32,000 nucleotides of DNA from Planctopirus limnophila DSM 3776 (GCF_000092105.1 NC_014148.1:3540001-3572000); one strand, 5' to 3'; positions 9,171-18,191 are shown, counted from the first letter of the stretch. A program made the numbers and translations. Notes: generated from the sequence alone by a model not told the origin.

Positions 9171-9744
9171 CCTGTGTCATTTGATGAGAGAATTTGTGCT
9201 GGAACAGGAAAATCGACAGGGTGGCTGGGGTCAAACGTCCTCGTTTGCCCCCAGAATGTTGGGCTCTGATCCTTGATGAAGAACATGCTTGAAAATCGTG
9301 AGAGCATGTCACGCATGCATTCGCGCTGGCAGCGCTATGGAACTGGGGGTGGATGAAAACATCCGACCCCAAGCACCAGCAGAATGAAAACGTGAAGTTG
9401 AAAAGCGTAAAGACCACGCCCTTCCGCAAAACCTTCAGGGCGTGCCACCCAAAGTCGTGCACTCGACGGTGACAGGTGTGTGCCATGCTTGCGGCTCCGA
9501 GCAAGCATGCTTCACAGGCTCGCAACGCACAAATGATCATCGGAATACGTAAGAGTTTGGAAAGAAACCGTTTCTGGCGAAATTCATAAGTGAGCAGCCA
9601 GCGAGCCCTCGATTCCACTTTCTCCACTCTGTACGGAAGAACAAGTTCAAGATCGTGCATTTTGCTGAGCTCTTTGGCACTCTATTTCTTTGAGGCTTAC
9701 GACAAATCCCCTGTATTCCTCTGCATAGAGCGATAGAGAACAAG

Positions 9745-10638
9745 ATGCTTTCTCCACTCAATACGCCGTTGGTCCCTGTCTCTCTGGATGGTGGTTCGCC
9801 AATCTACGCGAAGCTGGAATACCTGCAGCCTTCGGGTTCGACCAAAGACCGGTTGTCGTTTTTCATTCTCGGCAAAGCGATACGAAACGGAACCTTGAAA
9901 CCTGGCCAATCAGTGATCGAGGCGTCGAGTGGTTCGACGAGCATTTCATTAGCGATGGTTTGTGCTCATCTGGGGCTTAAGTTTATCGCCGTCATGCCGG
10001 AGGGAGTGAGCCAGGAGCGCATCAAAAGCATTACGGCTTATGGTGCACAGGTGGTTTTAACCCCGGCGAGTGAAGGCATTCTGGGTTCATTGACCATGTG
10101 CCGGAAGCTGGCTGCGGAGCAGGAAGGGTTTCTGCCCCGGCAGTTTGAGAACCTCGACAATGCACGGGCTCATCAGACGCAGACTGCCCAGGAAATTGCC
10201 CATGAGTTGGGGACGCAGTGCATTGATGCGTTCGTTTCGGGAGTTGGCACCGGGGGGACGCTGGTCGGCAACTACTGGGGTCTCCGGGATTTTGGTTGTC
10301 CTGTATCGGCAGTGCTGGCCAAACCTGTGAGCCGTCAATTGATCTCGGATGTCGAGTGCTGCAGCTTCTCAGGGAAGATTCCCGGCGTAGTCGATGGGTT
10401 ATCCACGATCTATCGCGAAGCCCGGATCGACCATCTGATCGAGATTGAAGTCGATGATGCCCTGGCGATCGAAACGACAAAAAAGCTGATTAAAAAAGGC
10501 TTCCCCGTCGGCCCGAGTTCGGGTCTCAACTTTGCGGCTGGCGAGATCTTACGCGAGAAGCATCCACATCTGAAAACCATCGTCACGATCTTCCCGGATC
10601 GCATGGATCGCTACTTCAGCACCCCGCTCTTCGCATAG
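9745..10638 (+). CDS. PLP-dependent cysteine synthase (fold-type II, CysK/CBS) family protein, divergent
   Basis: 297-aa ORF with the PLP-lysine motif PSGSTKDR, the glycine loop GVGTGGTLVG and the C-terminal FPDRMDRYFSTPLF (compare SGERYLST in CysK). The substrate loop reads SSGSTS instead of the canonical TSGNTG. Confidence 0.8.
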   Translation: MLSPLNTPLVPVSLDGGSPIYAKLEYLQPSGSTKDRLSFFILGKAIRNGTLKPGQSVIEASSGSTSISLAMVCAHLGLKFIAVMPEGVSQERIKSITAYGAQVVLTPASEGILGSLTMCRKLAAEQEGFLPRQFENLDNARAHQTQTAQEIAHELGTQCIDAFVSGVGTGGTLVGNYWGLRDFGCPVSAVLAKPVSRQLISDVECCSFSGKIPGVVDGLSTIYREARIDHLIEIEVDDALAIETTKKLIKKGFPVGPSSGLNFAAGEILREKHPHLKTIVTIFPDRMDRYFSTPLFA

Positions 10639-10741
10639 TGATCAGGGCGACCAAGTTCAATCAGCCTGCTGTCGTATAATCGCATTAGCGTAGCAGCATT
10701 TTGCCAAGACGTCAGGGCATTTCGCTGGGGATCATTGCCGA

Positions 10742-12142
10742 CTATTGAAGCTGTGGGGGGCCTGGAATCACTTGGGATTGGTGAGCCTTCACAGCTTCCT
10801 GAATACGAATGAGAACCTCGGGATGTGCGGCGGCGACATTACGTTTCTCGGAAGGATCGCGACCGAGATGAAAGAGCAGTTCTGGTTCATGCCGTTCCGG
10901 TTTTGAGCCTCCATAGCCTGTTTGAGTCTGGAAATGAGCCTTCCATTCACCCAGGCGGCAGGCAAAAAGTTGATTGCCTCGATAATAAAAGAACGGTCGC
11001 TCCGGCAGAGGCCTGGATTCGAAAAGTAATGGCGCGAGATCGACGCCATCGAACACAACATCCTTCGGGAGCGATGCACCGGCCAGGGCCAGAGCCGTGG
11101 GAAACACATCCATCGCACTGGCGAGCTGACTGGTCACGCCGGGCTTGATCCGGCTCGGCATCCAGGCAATCCCGGGTACACGCATGCCGCCTTCCCAGGT
11201 GCTCCCTTTGCCATCCTTGAGCAGACCGGCACTGCCGCCTTGATCGCCCATGATGAGCCAGGGGCCGTTATCACTGGAGAAGAAAACAAGCGTATTCTCA
11301 GCGATACCTTCCCGACACAAGGCTCCCAGGACCTGCCCCACACTCCAATCCAGCTCTTCAACAGCGTCACCATAAATGCCCGCACGGCTTTTGCCCTTGA
11401 AATCCTGCGAGGCAAACATGGGCACATGCGGAAAGGTGTGAGGCATGTAGAGGAAGAATGGAACGTTCTTCTTCTCTGTGATGAACTTGATGGCTTCTTC
11501 GGTATAACGTTTCGTTAACGTGGTCTGGTTTGCCGGTTGTTCAACAACCTCTCCATTGCGCAACAGCGCCACATTCCAGCCGTCGAGCGGTGGATTGGGT
11601 GAACCCGTCGAGCCTTTCGGCAAATCGGCCCGGGCATCCATATCATTGGAGTATGGCAGGCCAAAGCTTTGATCGAAGCCCTGATCCAATGGACGCGACC
11701 CCGGGTGAATGCCGAGATGCCACTTGCCAATCTGTGCAGTGGCATAGCCCTTTTCCTTGAGTGCCTCGGCGATGGTGATCTCTGCCGGGGGCAACCCTCC
11801 TTTGGAGTTTGGAAACAGCACGCGGCGAGCCCCGCACATGCCACTGCGAATTGGCAATCGTCCCGTGAGCAAAGCCGCTCGGCTGGGGGTACACACCTCG
11901 GCGGCAGAATAAAAATCTGTAAACCGTAATCCCTCCGCAGCCATCTCGTCGAGGTGCGGCGTGCGGATTGTTGGCGACCCATAACAGCCGAGATCACCGT
12001 AACCAAGATCATCAGCAAAGATCACCACGATGTTGGGCTTCGTGGAATCTGCGGCGAAGGAAGCACCGCAGAGGACGCAAAAGCTCCAAAGCAACAACGT
12101 GAGACGGGATGTGGCCGATGTAAGGTGATGAGCGGGTGACAT
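10742..12142 (-). CDS. Secreted formylglycine-dependent sulfatase (arylsulfatase A / GALNS-like)
   Basis: 466-aa ORF with a signal peptide (LTLLLWSFCVLCGASFAADS). Motifs are PNIVVIFADDLGYGDLG, the FGly motif CTPSRAALLTGR, GKWHLG, SSDNGPW and GKGSTWEGGMRVPGIAWMP. Confidence 0.9.
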   Translation of the reverse strand: MSPAHHLTSATSRLTLLLWSFCVLCGASFAADSTKPNIVVIFADDLGYGDLGCYGSPTIRTPHLDEMAAEGLRFTDFYSAAEVCTPSRAALLTGRLPIRSGMCGARRVLFPNSKGGLPPAEITIAEALKEKGYATAQIGKWHLGIHPGSRPLDQGFDQSFGLPYSNDMDARADLPKGSTGSPNPPLDGWNVALLRNGEVVEQPANQTTLTKRYTEEAIKFITEKKNVPFFLYMPHTFPHVPMFASQDFKGKSRAGIYGDAVEELDWSVGQVLGALCREGIAENTLVFFSSDNGPWLIMGDQGGSAGLLKDGKGSTWEGGMRVPGIAWMPSRIKPGVTSQLASAMDVFPTALALAGASLPKDVVFDGVDLAPLLFESRPLPERPFFYYRGNQLFACRLGEWKAHFQTQTGYGGSKPERHEPELLFHLGRDPSEKRNVAAAHPEVLIRIQEAVKAHQSQVIPGPPQLQ

Positions 12143-12348
12143 GTGCTGCCTTTCGCGGAGTTACGCGGGCGATTTCCCTGGTTTCGGCCCATTCACACTC
12201 GTGGCGAGCGGACTCGACACCAGAATCGATGCGATGACAGGAACCCCGATTCTACTGGCTCCACGCAGAAGATTTCATCGCCAGTTCGAGTTGGCGTATG
12301 GAAATAGAGAAAGATGTTTCTCTATTGAAATGCGAACAGGGCCGAGAA

Positions 12349-12384
12349 TTGGTGCATTTCGTAAGAACTGCATGCACCCTACCT
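12349..12384. repeat. Copy 1 of a ~36-nt hairpin repeat (second copy at 21160-21196)
   Basis: The sequence is TTGGTGCATTTCGTAAGAACTGCATGCACCCTACCT. The stem GGTGCAT / ATGCACC spans 12351-12357 and 12372-12378. It is near-identical to 21160-21196. Confidence 0.6.
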
Positions 12385-12399
12385 AAGATAAGACAGAAG

Positions 12400-12440
12400 A
12401 CCCTCACCCTGACCTCTCCCACGAAGACGTGGGCGAGGGT
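12400..12440 (-). terminator. Imperfect GC-rich hairpin followed by a U-rich tract on the minus strand (candidate terminator of the carotenoid operon)
   Basis: On the minus strand the sequence reads ACCCTCGCCCAC-GTCTTC-GTGGG...GAGGGT. It is followed by CTTCTGTCTTATCTT and begins about 30 nt after the acyltransferase stop. The stem is interrupted by a 12-nt bulge. Confidence 0.3.
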
Positions 12441-12467
12441 TCCAGACGGGATAGGGAGACATAAATT

Positions 12468-13253
12468 TTAGTGGCTAGCTGGGGGCTTGCGTTTCCAGCT
12501 CAGTCTGAGTGATCGCCACCAGCCGTAAATGCTCGACATCCCTTGCTGGCCGTCGATCATGGTTTCGAACAGCTCAGGATTTCGCTGCATGGCTGCTACC
12601 TGGAGTTCATCCTGGGCTGTTGTCAGAAGCTGTGAAAGTTCCTGCTGGCAGATATGACGGTCTCGCGACAGGCTGGCAATCTCGCGAGTGGTTCCCAGGT
12701 GAACCAGCACTTCAGGAAGTCGCTCATCCCAGAAAACATACTCAATGGCAATTGGCTGCACGACGCCGCTGGTCAATCGTGAGAGTACTTGTGGCAAGCC
12801 TGCCATCAGTTCGGCGGGCCGCTCGCGGGCATCGGCAAAGCGGCCTTGCGGAGTCATCCATAAAGCGTGGGCCGGGCTGCTGGTAATAGCCTGTGCCATT
12901 TTCAGGAACTGAACAGCTCCCCGCGGCGTACCGCGATCCACCCCAAAGAACCCGATTTTCTCGAAGAACTTGTAACTTTCGAGAGCTTCCCGATCCATGG
13001 CTCCATAATGATTTCGATTGGGCCAGAACTCTTTGGCAATCAACAGCCCCACCAGCGGATCCCACCAGGAGGCATGGTTCATGTAGGCCACCAGTGGAAC
13101 ATCCGGCCCTGCCCGCTGGGCATCCGATTTCAGCACGCGCATCGCGCGAAAGTGCCGGGCGAGGTACCTTCGGGAATACCAGGCAAACCCGTCGAACCAT
13201 CTCTGATTGATGCGAGGAAGTTGTTCGGGGGATGTCTGATTCGGGCCCGTCAC
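12468..13253 (-). CDS. Lysophospholipid (PlsC-type) acyltransferase family protein, last gene of the carotenoid operon
   Basis: 261-aa ORF with a GTG start. It has the HX4D catalytic motif in YMNHASWWDP and a later block FFGVDRGTPRGA...MTPQGRF, typical of the glycerolipid acyltransferase family. Confidence 0.75.
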   Translation of the reverse strand: MTGPNQTSPEQLPRINQRWFDGFAWYSRRYLARHFRAMRVLKSDAQRAGPDVPLVAYMNHASWWDPLVGLLIAKEFWPNRNHYGAMDREALESYKFFEKIGFFGVDRGTPRGAVQFLKMAQAITSSPAHALWMTPQGRFADARERPAELMAGLPQVLSRLTSGVVQPIAIEYVFWDERLPEVLVHLGTTREIASLSRDRHICQQELSQLLTTAQDELQVAAMQRNPELFETMIDGQQGMSSIYGWWRSLRLSWKRKPPASH

Positions 13254-13333
13254 CTGTCAGTTCTCACGTTCTGGCTGAAGAATAGACAACCACCGGCAGA
13301 CAAACGATTTAGTCGATCTCATCATGAAAAAGA

Positions 13334-14890
13334 TTATCGCCCTGCCGTAACCAGGTCTCTGCGGACAGGTTCCACGACCCGGTCCTGATCGAGCGAATCA
13401 GCCGCAATCCAGCCCGACATCATGACCATGGGCATGCCAGGGCCGGGATGGACACTGCCACCCGCCATATACAGGCCCTTGACTGCGGCATATCGATTGG
13501 CGGGCTTAAACGCGCCCATGTACTTCCCATGACTGGCCAGGCCGTAGATGGCCCCCTTCAAGACACGATACCGGTCTTGAATGCTCTGGGGAGTCAAGGC
13601 GGATTCGTAGACGATGCGGTCTTCAATATCAGTCAATCCGGCAGAGCGTTTGAGCTTATCGAGAATCACCTGTCGATACTCAGGGAGCATTTTGTTCCAA
13701 TCCTGCCCGGATCTCAGATAAGGAGTATGTACCAGAATATAGAGAGCCTCGCCGCCGGCTGGAGCAACTGCGGGCTCAGTGACGGCAGGTGCGCAGATGT
13801 AACATGTCGGATCTGGCGCAGGAACTCCCTGGTTATAGATCGCATCGAACTCTTCGTGAGGATCTCGCGAGAAAACAAAATTGTGATGCAATAGCTGAGG
13901 ATATCGCTCTTTCAGACCCAGATAGAGCACCACACCTGAGCAGGCCGGTTCGTACTTGCGTTCACTCAAAAATCTGGTGCGATCGGTGGGCTCCAGCAGT
14001 TCCTCATGCATACGCACGCAATCGGCATTTGAAACGACGGCGTCACAGGCAAATGTACGACCAGCGCGAGTTGTAACCCCCGTGACTTTGCCGGCTGACT
14101 TCTGAATTTTCTCAATCGGTTCTCCTTCGTAGAAAACCACACCCAGATCGGTGGCCAGCTTCCTGAGAGCAACCGGGACAGCCCGAGTTCCGCCCATCGG
14201 ATACCAGATCCCTTCCTGCGTCTGCATGTGGGCGATGCCGCACAAGACTGCTGGTGAAGCATCAGGGGATGAACCCACATACTGCGTGAAATGATCCACC
14301 AGTTGCGAAACGCGGGCATCGGGAATGAACGATCTCACGGTTCCTGCGACCGAACTTCCCATGCGTAAGGTAAGCATGTCCTTCAGCCCCCGGAAGTCCA
14401 TCAACTCGCCAGCGCGGAACATATCTTTGATCGAGCCCACCGACCGCCAGAAAAAGACACGATTGCTCAGATCGTGCAGTTGAGCCGAGTATTGCAGAAA
14501 CTTGCGATAGCCATGCCCGGCTGCTGGATTCTCGGAAAAGTCGTTGATCCGGCGGTACATCTCATCCACGTTGGCCACCAGATCGAGAATATCGCCGTCA
14601 TCAAAAATGCAGCGCCATTGGGGATCAAGCGGAACCATTTCGAGATAGTCTTCGAGTGGTCGCCCGGCCTCAGCGAAAATTCTCTTGAGAACAGAAGGAA
14701 GCGTTAAAATCGTCGGGCCCATGTCAAACCGGAAGCCCGCTTCATTCAGTACCGCAGCCTTACCACCAGACCACTCATTCTGTTCGAAGACCGCGACCTG
14801 GTAACCTCGCGCAGCCAATGTACAGGCTGCTGCCAATCCACCCAGACCAGCCCCGACGACTGCAACCTGCTGCGTTGTTTGATTAATCAT
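13334..14890 (-). CDS. FAD-dependent phytoene-desaturase-family enzyme, CrtP(CrtNb)/CrtD-like (candidate 4,4'-diaponeurosporene oxygenase)
   Basis: 518-aa ORF with the N-terminal dinucleotide fold VAVVGAGLGGLAAACTLAARGYQVAVFE. The block DHFTQYVGSSPDASPAVLCGIAHMQTQEGIWYPMGGT resembles the CrtD/CrtP-type signature. The C-terminal GLYMAGGSVHPGPGMPMV is also present. It is adjacent to an aldehyde dehydrogenase. Confidence 0.8.
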   Translation of the reverse strand: MINQTTQQVAVVGAGLGGLAAACTLAARGYQVAVFEQNEWSGGKAAVLNEAGFRFDMGPTILTLPSVLKRIFAEAGRPLEDYLEMVPLDPQWRCIFDDGDILDLVANVDEMYRRINDFSENPAAGHGYRKFLQYSAQLHDLSNRVFFWRSVGSIKDMFRAGELMDFRGLKDMLTLRMGSSVAGTVRSFIPDARVSQLVDHFTQYVGSSPDASPAVLCGIAHMQTQEGIWYPMGGTRAVPVALRKLATDLGVVFYEGEPIEKIQKSAGKVTGVTTRAGRTFACDAVVSNADCVRMHEELLEPTDRTRFLSERKYEPACSGVVLYLGLKERYPQLLHHNFVFSRDPHEEFDAIYNQGVPAPDPTCYICAPAVTEPAVAPAGGEALYILVHTPYLRSGQDWNKMLPEYRQVILDKLKRSAGLTDIEDRIVYESALTPQSIQDRYRVLKGAIYGLASHGKYMGAFKPANRYAAVKGLYMAGGSVHPGPGMPMVMMSGWIAADSLDQDRVVEPVRRDLVTAGR

Positions 14891-15060
14891 CTATGGCTCA
14901 ACTTTTGAAGAATTCTTTTCGTTTGCCCGATTATAGCCAGCATCAACACTTTAGAACTGTGATGTTATGAACAACTCTGCGAAAGAATCTGACAAAACCA
15001 TTGTTTCTTTCCAAATACCGAACGGAGACAACCCACGCAATCTTCCATGGATTGCGGAGT

Positions 15061-16476
15061 TTATCTGCTCCATAAATTTTTGAGCATTTGCCACAAACCC
15101 TCTCGCGCTGTCGCTCCTGCACCATGGCACCACCTGGCCAATCCCGAAAGCAGATTTTCAGAAACCTTAACACCCAGATGCGGCTTCCATCGTCCCCGGG
15201 GGGACACAATCACCTGTAAGGTCGTCATCTCCATGAGACCGGGAATTCCCCGCGTGCGACCATAGCCACTCCATCGATTTCCGCCAAAAGCCACTCGTGG
15301 ATCTGCTGTCGGTGCAATGAGATCATTGATGACCACACAACCAGTCGAGAGTTGTCGAGCCAGATGCATGGCTTTTTCTGTATTGCCAAAGATGGAAGCT
15401 GACAACGCATAATCAGACTTCCGATCCTCTGCCAGCAGTTCCTCGATCGACTGATACTCGAACACAGTCGCCACGGGGACGAACAAATCACTGTGCAATA
15501 CAGCGGCATCAGCAGCAAGATTCCCCAGAAGAACCGGTTGCCAGTCTTCTTCCAGACTCCAGGAACCTGCCAGAACTTGCCCACCCTGGGCCACTGTTTG
15601 TTCAAGGGTCTGAATCGCTGGTTCTGCATGAACACGATCCACTGCGCACGAACCTCCTCGATGGCCGACTTCCTGCTGGAACAGATTCACCAGTTCATTG
15701 AGCCGTCCCAGGGGACAATAGACTTTGCGTGGAGCCATGCACGTCGCTCCGCCATTGATCATCAGACCAAACGCGAGACATTGAGCGGCCAGTTGAAAAC
15801 TGGCATCCGGGAGCAAGTACATCGCATCACGACCGGAAAGCTCAAACGTGCCAGGTATGAGTTGCTCACTGGCTAACTTCAGAACGGCCTGGCCACCGCC
15901 GACGGAACCTGTCATGACGACAAAATCTGGTCGTTGTGCAAGTACCTCGGCCACCTCGGCATGGCTCTCACCTGTCACATACATCAGGTCTTCCGGCAGA
16001 CCGGCTTCGACCAGCAATCGTTTCAACAGATCAGACACCGGCTGCGCCAGTCGACCGGGTTTCAAAATGATCCCGTTACCCGCCATGAGTCCTTGAAGAA
16101 CCTGCACTCCAGGCAGGAAGAGCGGATAGTTGGATGGCCCCACAACCAGAACAATGCCGTGAGGCTGGCGAAGTTCCCAAACTTTCGCACCTGGCATCCA
16201 GAGCGGTTGACCGCGTCTTGAGAGTTTTTTGGGCGAGAGTGCCCGCCCTGCCACACGTTCCAGAAATTGGCACGCTTCGGCTAATGGAAGAATTTCCGCA
16301 GTCAGCGTCTCAAGAGATTGCCTTTGAGGAATCGTGATCGTATCAATGATTTCTTGCTGCGAACTCACAAGAAGATGGCGAAATCGCCGGAAGATACGGG
16401 CTTTTTCTGCAATTGAGCGACGACTCCATTCCTGCTGTGCATGTCGTAGTTGAGGCATCACATCAGTTAGAGCCAC
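15061..16476 (-). CDS. NAD(P)-dependent aldehyde dehydrogenase (candidate diapocarotenoid aldehyde dehydrogenase)
   Basis: 471-aa ORF. The track uses a GTG start; ATG at 16458 is an alternative. It has the ALDH catalytic Glu block FELSGRDAMYL and the catalytic Cys block NGGATCMAPRKVY, and sits between two carotenoid desaturase-family genes. Confidence 0.85.
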   Translation of the reverse strand: MALTDVMPQLRHAQQEWSRRSIAEKARIFRRFRHLLVSSQQEIIDTITIPQRQSLETLTAEILPLAEACQFLERVAGRALSPKKLSRRGQPLWMPGAKVWELRQPHGIVLVVGPSNYPLFLPGVQVLQGLMAGNGIILKPGRLAQPVSDLLKRLLVEAGLPEDLMYVTGESHAEVAEVLAQRPDFVVMTGSVGGGQAVLKLASEQLIPGTFELSGRDAMYLLPDASFQLAAQCLAFGLMINGGATCMAPRKVYCPLGRLNELVNLFQQEVGHRGGSCAVDRVHAEPAIQTLEQTVAQGGQVLAGSWSLEEDWQPVLLGNLAADAAVLHSDLFVPVATVFEYQSIEELLAEDRKSDYALSASIFGNTEKAMHLARQLSTGCVVINDLIAPTADPRVAFGGNRWSGYGRTRGIPGLMEMTTLQVIVSPRGRWKPHLGVKVSENLLSGLARWCHGAGATAREGLWQMLKNLWSR

Positions 16477-16529
16477 AGATCTATCCCGAAAAAACCATCG
16501 ACCTCATCATTCGACTCGACATTCAGCCT

Positions 16530-18191
16530 TTAACCTATCGAAGTCTTGCTGTCGGGGGCAGAGGCCAGTTGATGAATTTCATGATGACTGCGACATGTGG
16601 CCAGATTGTCAACCATTTCTACCTGCTCAACGGGAACCGTGTGATCAGCGAGAATCGGTTGGGCAGCAAGTTGTGTTGGTGATCCGATTGCCGGGAACGA
16701 AACGTCTTGTTCGCCAAGATCTTCCAACAGGAGCTTTGAGGTAATGCGGGCTGATTCGTAGATAACGGGCAATCCGCTGCCGGGGTGAGTTCCTCCACCC
16801 ACCAGATAGACTCCGGGAATATCAGCAAATCGATTTCGTGGCCGAAGATGCAGCATCTGCTGGAGGTTATGTGCCAGGTTGAAGGTGGCACCACGATAGA
16901 TTTCGAAGTCTTCATCCCAGTTTCGGGGTGTGACGATCTTCTCGTAGCGAATTCTCGATTCGAGATCTTTCAGGCCAAATTTCGATTTGAGCTGCTCAAT
17001 GACCACGGCTCGAAACTTTGCCTGCTGCTCGGGCCATTGAATGTTTTTGTGCTGATGCGAAACAGGTGCCAGCACGTAGAGCGTGCTGTGTCCCGCAGGA
17101 GCCAGTGAATCGTCCGTCACACTGGCGTTCTGCACATAAATTGAAGGATCCTTGGAGAGGATATGCCGCTGTTCGATGTCCTTAAGGTTCCCCTCGTAAT
17201 CTCCTGAAATCAAAATATTATGATGTGACAGATGGTCGTAGCGCCCCTCAATTCCAAGATACATCATGAATGTCGAGCAGCTGTATTGCTTGCGTGCCAG
17301 AATGCGGTTCGACCATTTCGGGCGATGTTTCTCGGGAACTAGCCGTTCCATGCTGCGGGCAAAATCGCCATTAACCACAATAGCTTTAGCCCGATACTCG
17401 CCCTTGGAAGTCCTGGCACCGACAGCCCGTGAACCCTCAAATAAGAGTTGTTGAACTGGCTCTCCGTAATAAAACTGCACTCCCATCGACTGGGCGATTT
17501 CTGCCATTTTTTCAGAGACCGCGCTGCATCCTCCATAGGGATGAAATACGCCGTACTCATACTCTAAAAACGAGAGAATTGTGAACAGACTTGGGCAGCG
17601 GAACGGCGACATCCCGAGATATTTGCTCTGAAAAGAAAACGCGAGCCGAAGCCTTGAATCTGAGAAGTATCGCTTGAGATCGCCATCAACGGACGCCCAG
17701 GGCCTGACAATGGGAAGTAACTTGAGAAGTGGAAGAGCCAGGACATCTTTGAGCGAGTGAAACGGGGATTCGAGAATCGGGCGGAACATTTCCAGCTTGT
17801 GTCGATTCTCATCGAGAAATCGTCGAAAGTTTCGGGCGTCCTGCGGATTGAATTCTGCCAGTGCCTGCTCCATTCGAGTGACGTCGGGCGTGGCATCGAG
17901 CTGGCCACCATTCCCGAAGATGAGACGATACTGGGGGTCAAGCCGCTTCATAGGGACATCTGTCATCAGATCCCGACCAACAGCAGCAAAGATCTCGTGG
18001 AGAACTCGCGGGTAGAGAAAGAATGTCGGCCCGTAGTCAAAACGATAGCCATCAGCATTCAGGGCTGATGTACGGCCACCAGCGACCTCGCGACGTTCGA
18101 GGACGCGAACTTGCTTTCCCCGGCTCGCCAGCAGCATGGCTGTCGCCAGACCGCCAGGGCCACCACCCACAATGATGACATCACTCTCCAC
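16530..18191 (-). CDS. CrtI/CrtN-type carotenoid desaturase (candidate 4,4'-diapophytoene desaturase) with a ~55-aa C-terminal extension
   Basis: 553-aa ORF with a GTG start. DVIIVGGGPGGLATAMLLA, LDPQYRLIF, FNPQDARNFRRFLD, RLAFSFQSKYLGMSPF, VTDDSLAPAGHSTLYVLAPV and VYLVGGGTHPGSGLPVIYESARITSKLLLEDL are collinear with CrtI-family desaturases. Confidence 0.88.
   Translation of the reverse strand: MESDVIIVGGGPGGLATAMLLASRGKQVRVLERREVAGGRTSALNADGYRFDYGPTFFLYPRVLHEIFAAVGRDLMTDVPMKRLDPQYRLIFGNGGQLDATPDVTRMEQALAEFNPQDARNFRRFLDENRHKLEMFRPILESPFHSLKDVLALPLLKLLPIVRPWASVDGDLKRYFSDSRLRLAFSFQSKYLGMSPFRCPSLFTILSFLEYEYGVFHPYGGCSAVSEKMAEIAQSMGVQFYYGEPVQQLLFEGSRAVGARTSKGEYRAKAIVVNGDFARSMERLVPEKHRPKWSNRILARKQYSCSTFMMYLGIEGRYDHLSHHNILISGDYEGNLKDIEQRHILSKDPSIYVQNASVTDDSLAPAGHSTLYVLAPVSHQHKNIQWPEQQAKFRAVVIEQLKSKFGLKDLESRIRYEKIVTPRNWDEDFEIYRGATFNLAHNLQQMLHLRPRNRFADIPGVYLVGGGTHPGSGLPVIYESARITSKLLLEDLGEQDVSFPAIGSPTQLAAQPILADHTVPVEQVEMVDNLATCRSHHEIHQLASAPDSKTSIG

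Noticed and set aside
9133-9660. 175-aa minus-strand ORF filling the long spacer upstream of the cysteine-synthase-like gene
   Set aside because: Its composition is Cys/His/Phe/Arg-rich and it has no motif. Its 3' end runs through the PPIase terminator hairpin, and I see no ribosome-binding context. I treat the region as non-coding, though without expression data this is not certain.
12141-12386. 81-aa plus-strand ORF across the sulfatase/acyltransferase spacer
   Set aside because: It is built from the hairpin and repeat elements, and its C-terminus (...FRKNCMHPT) is simply the translated repeat. It shows no coding signature.
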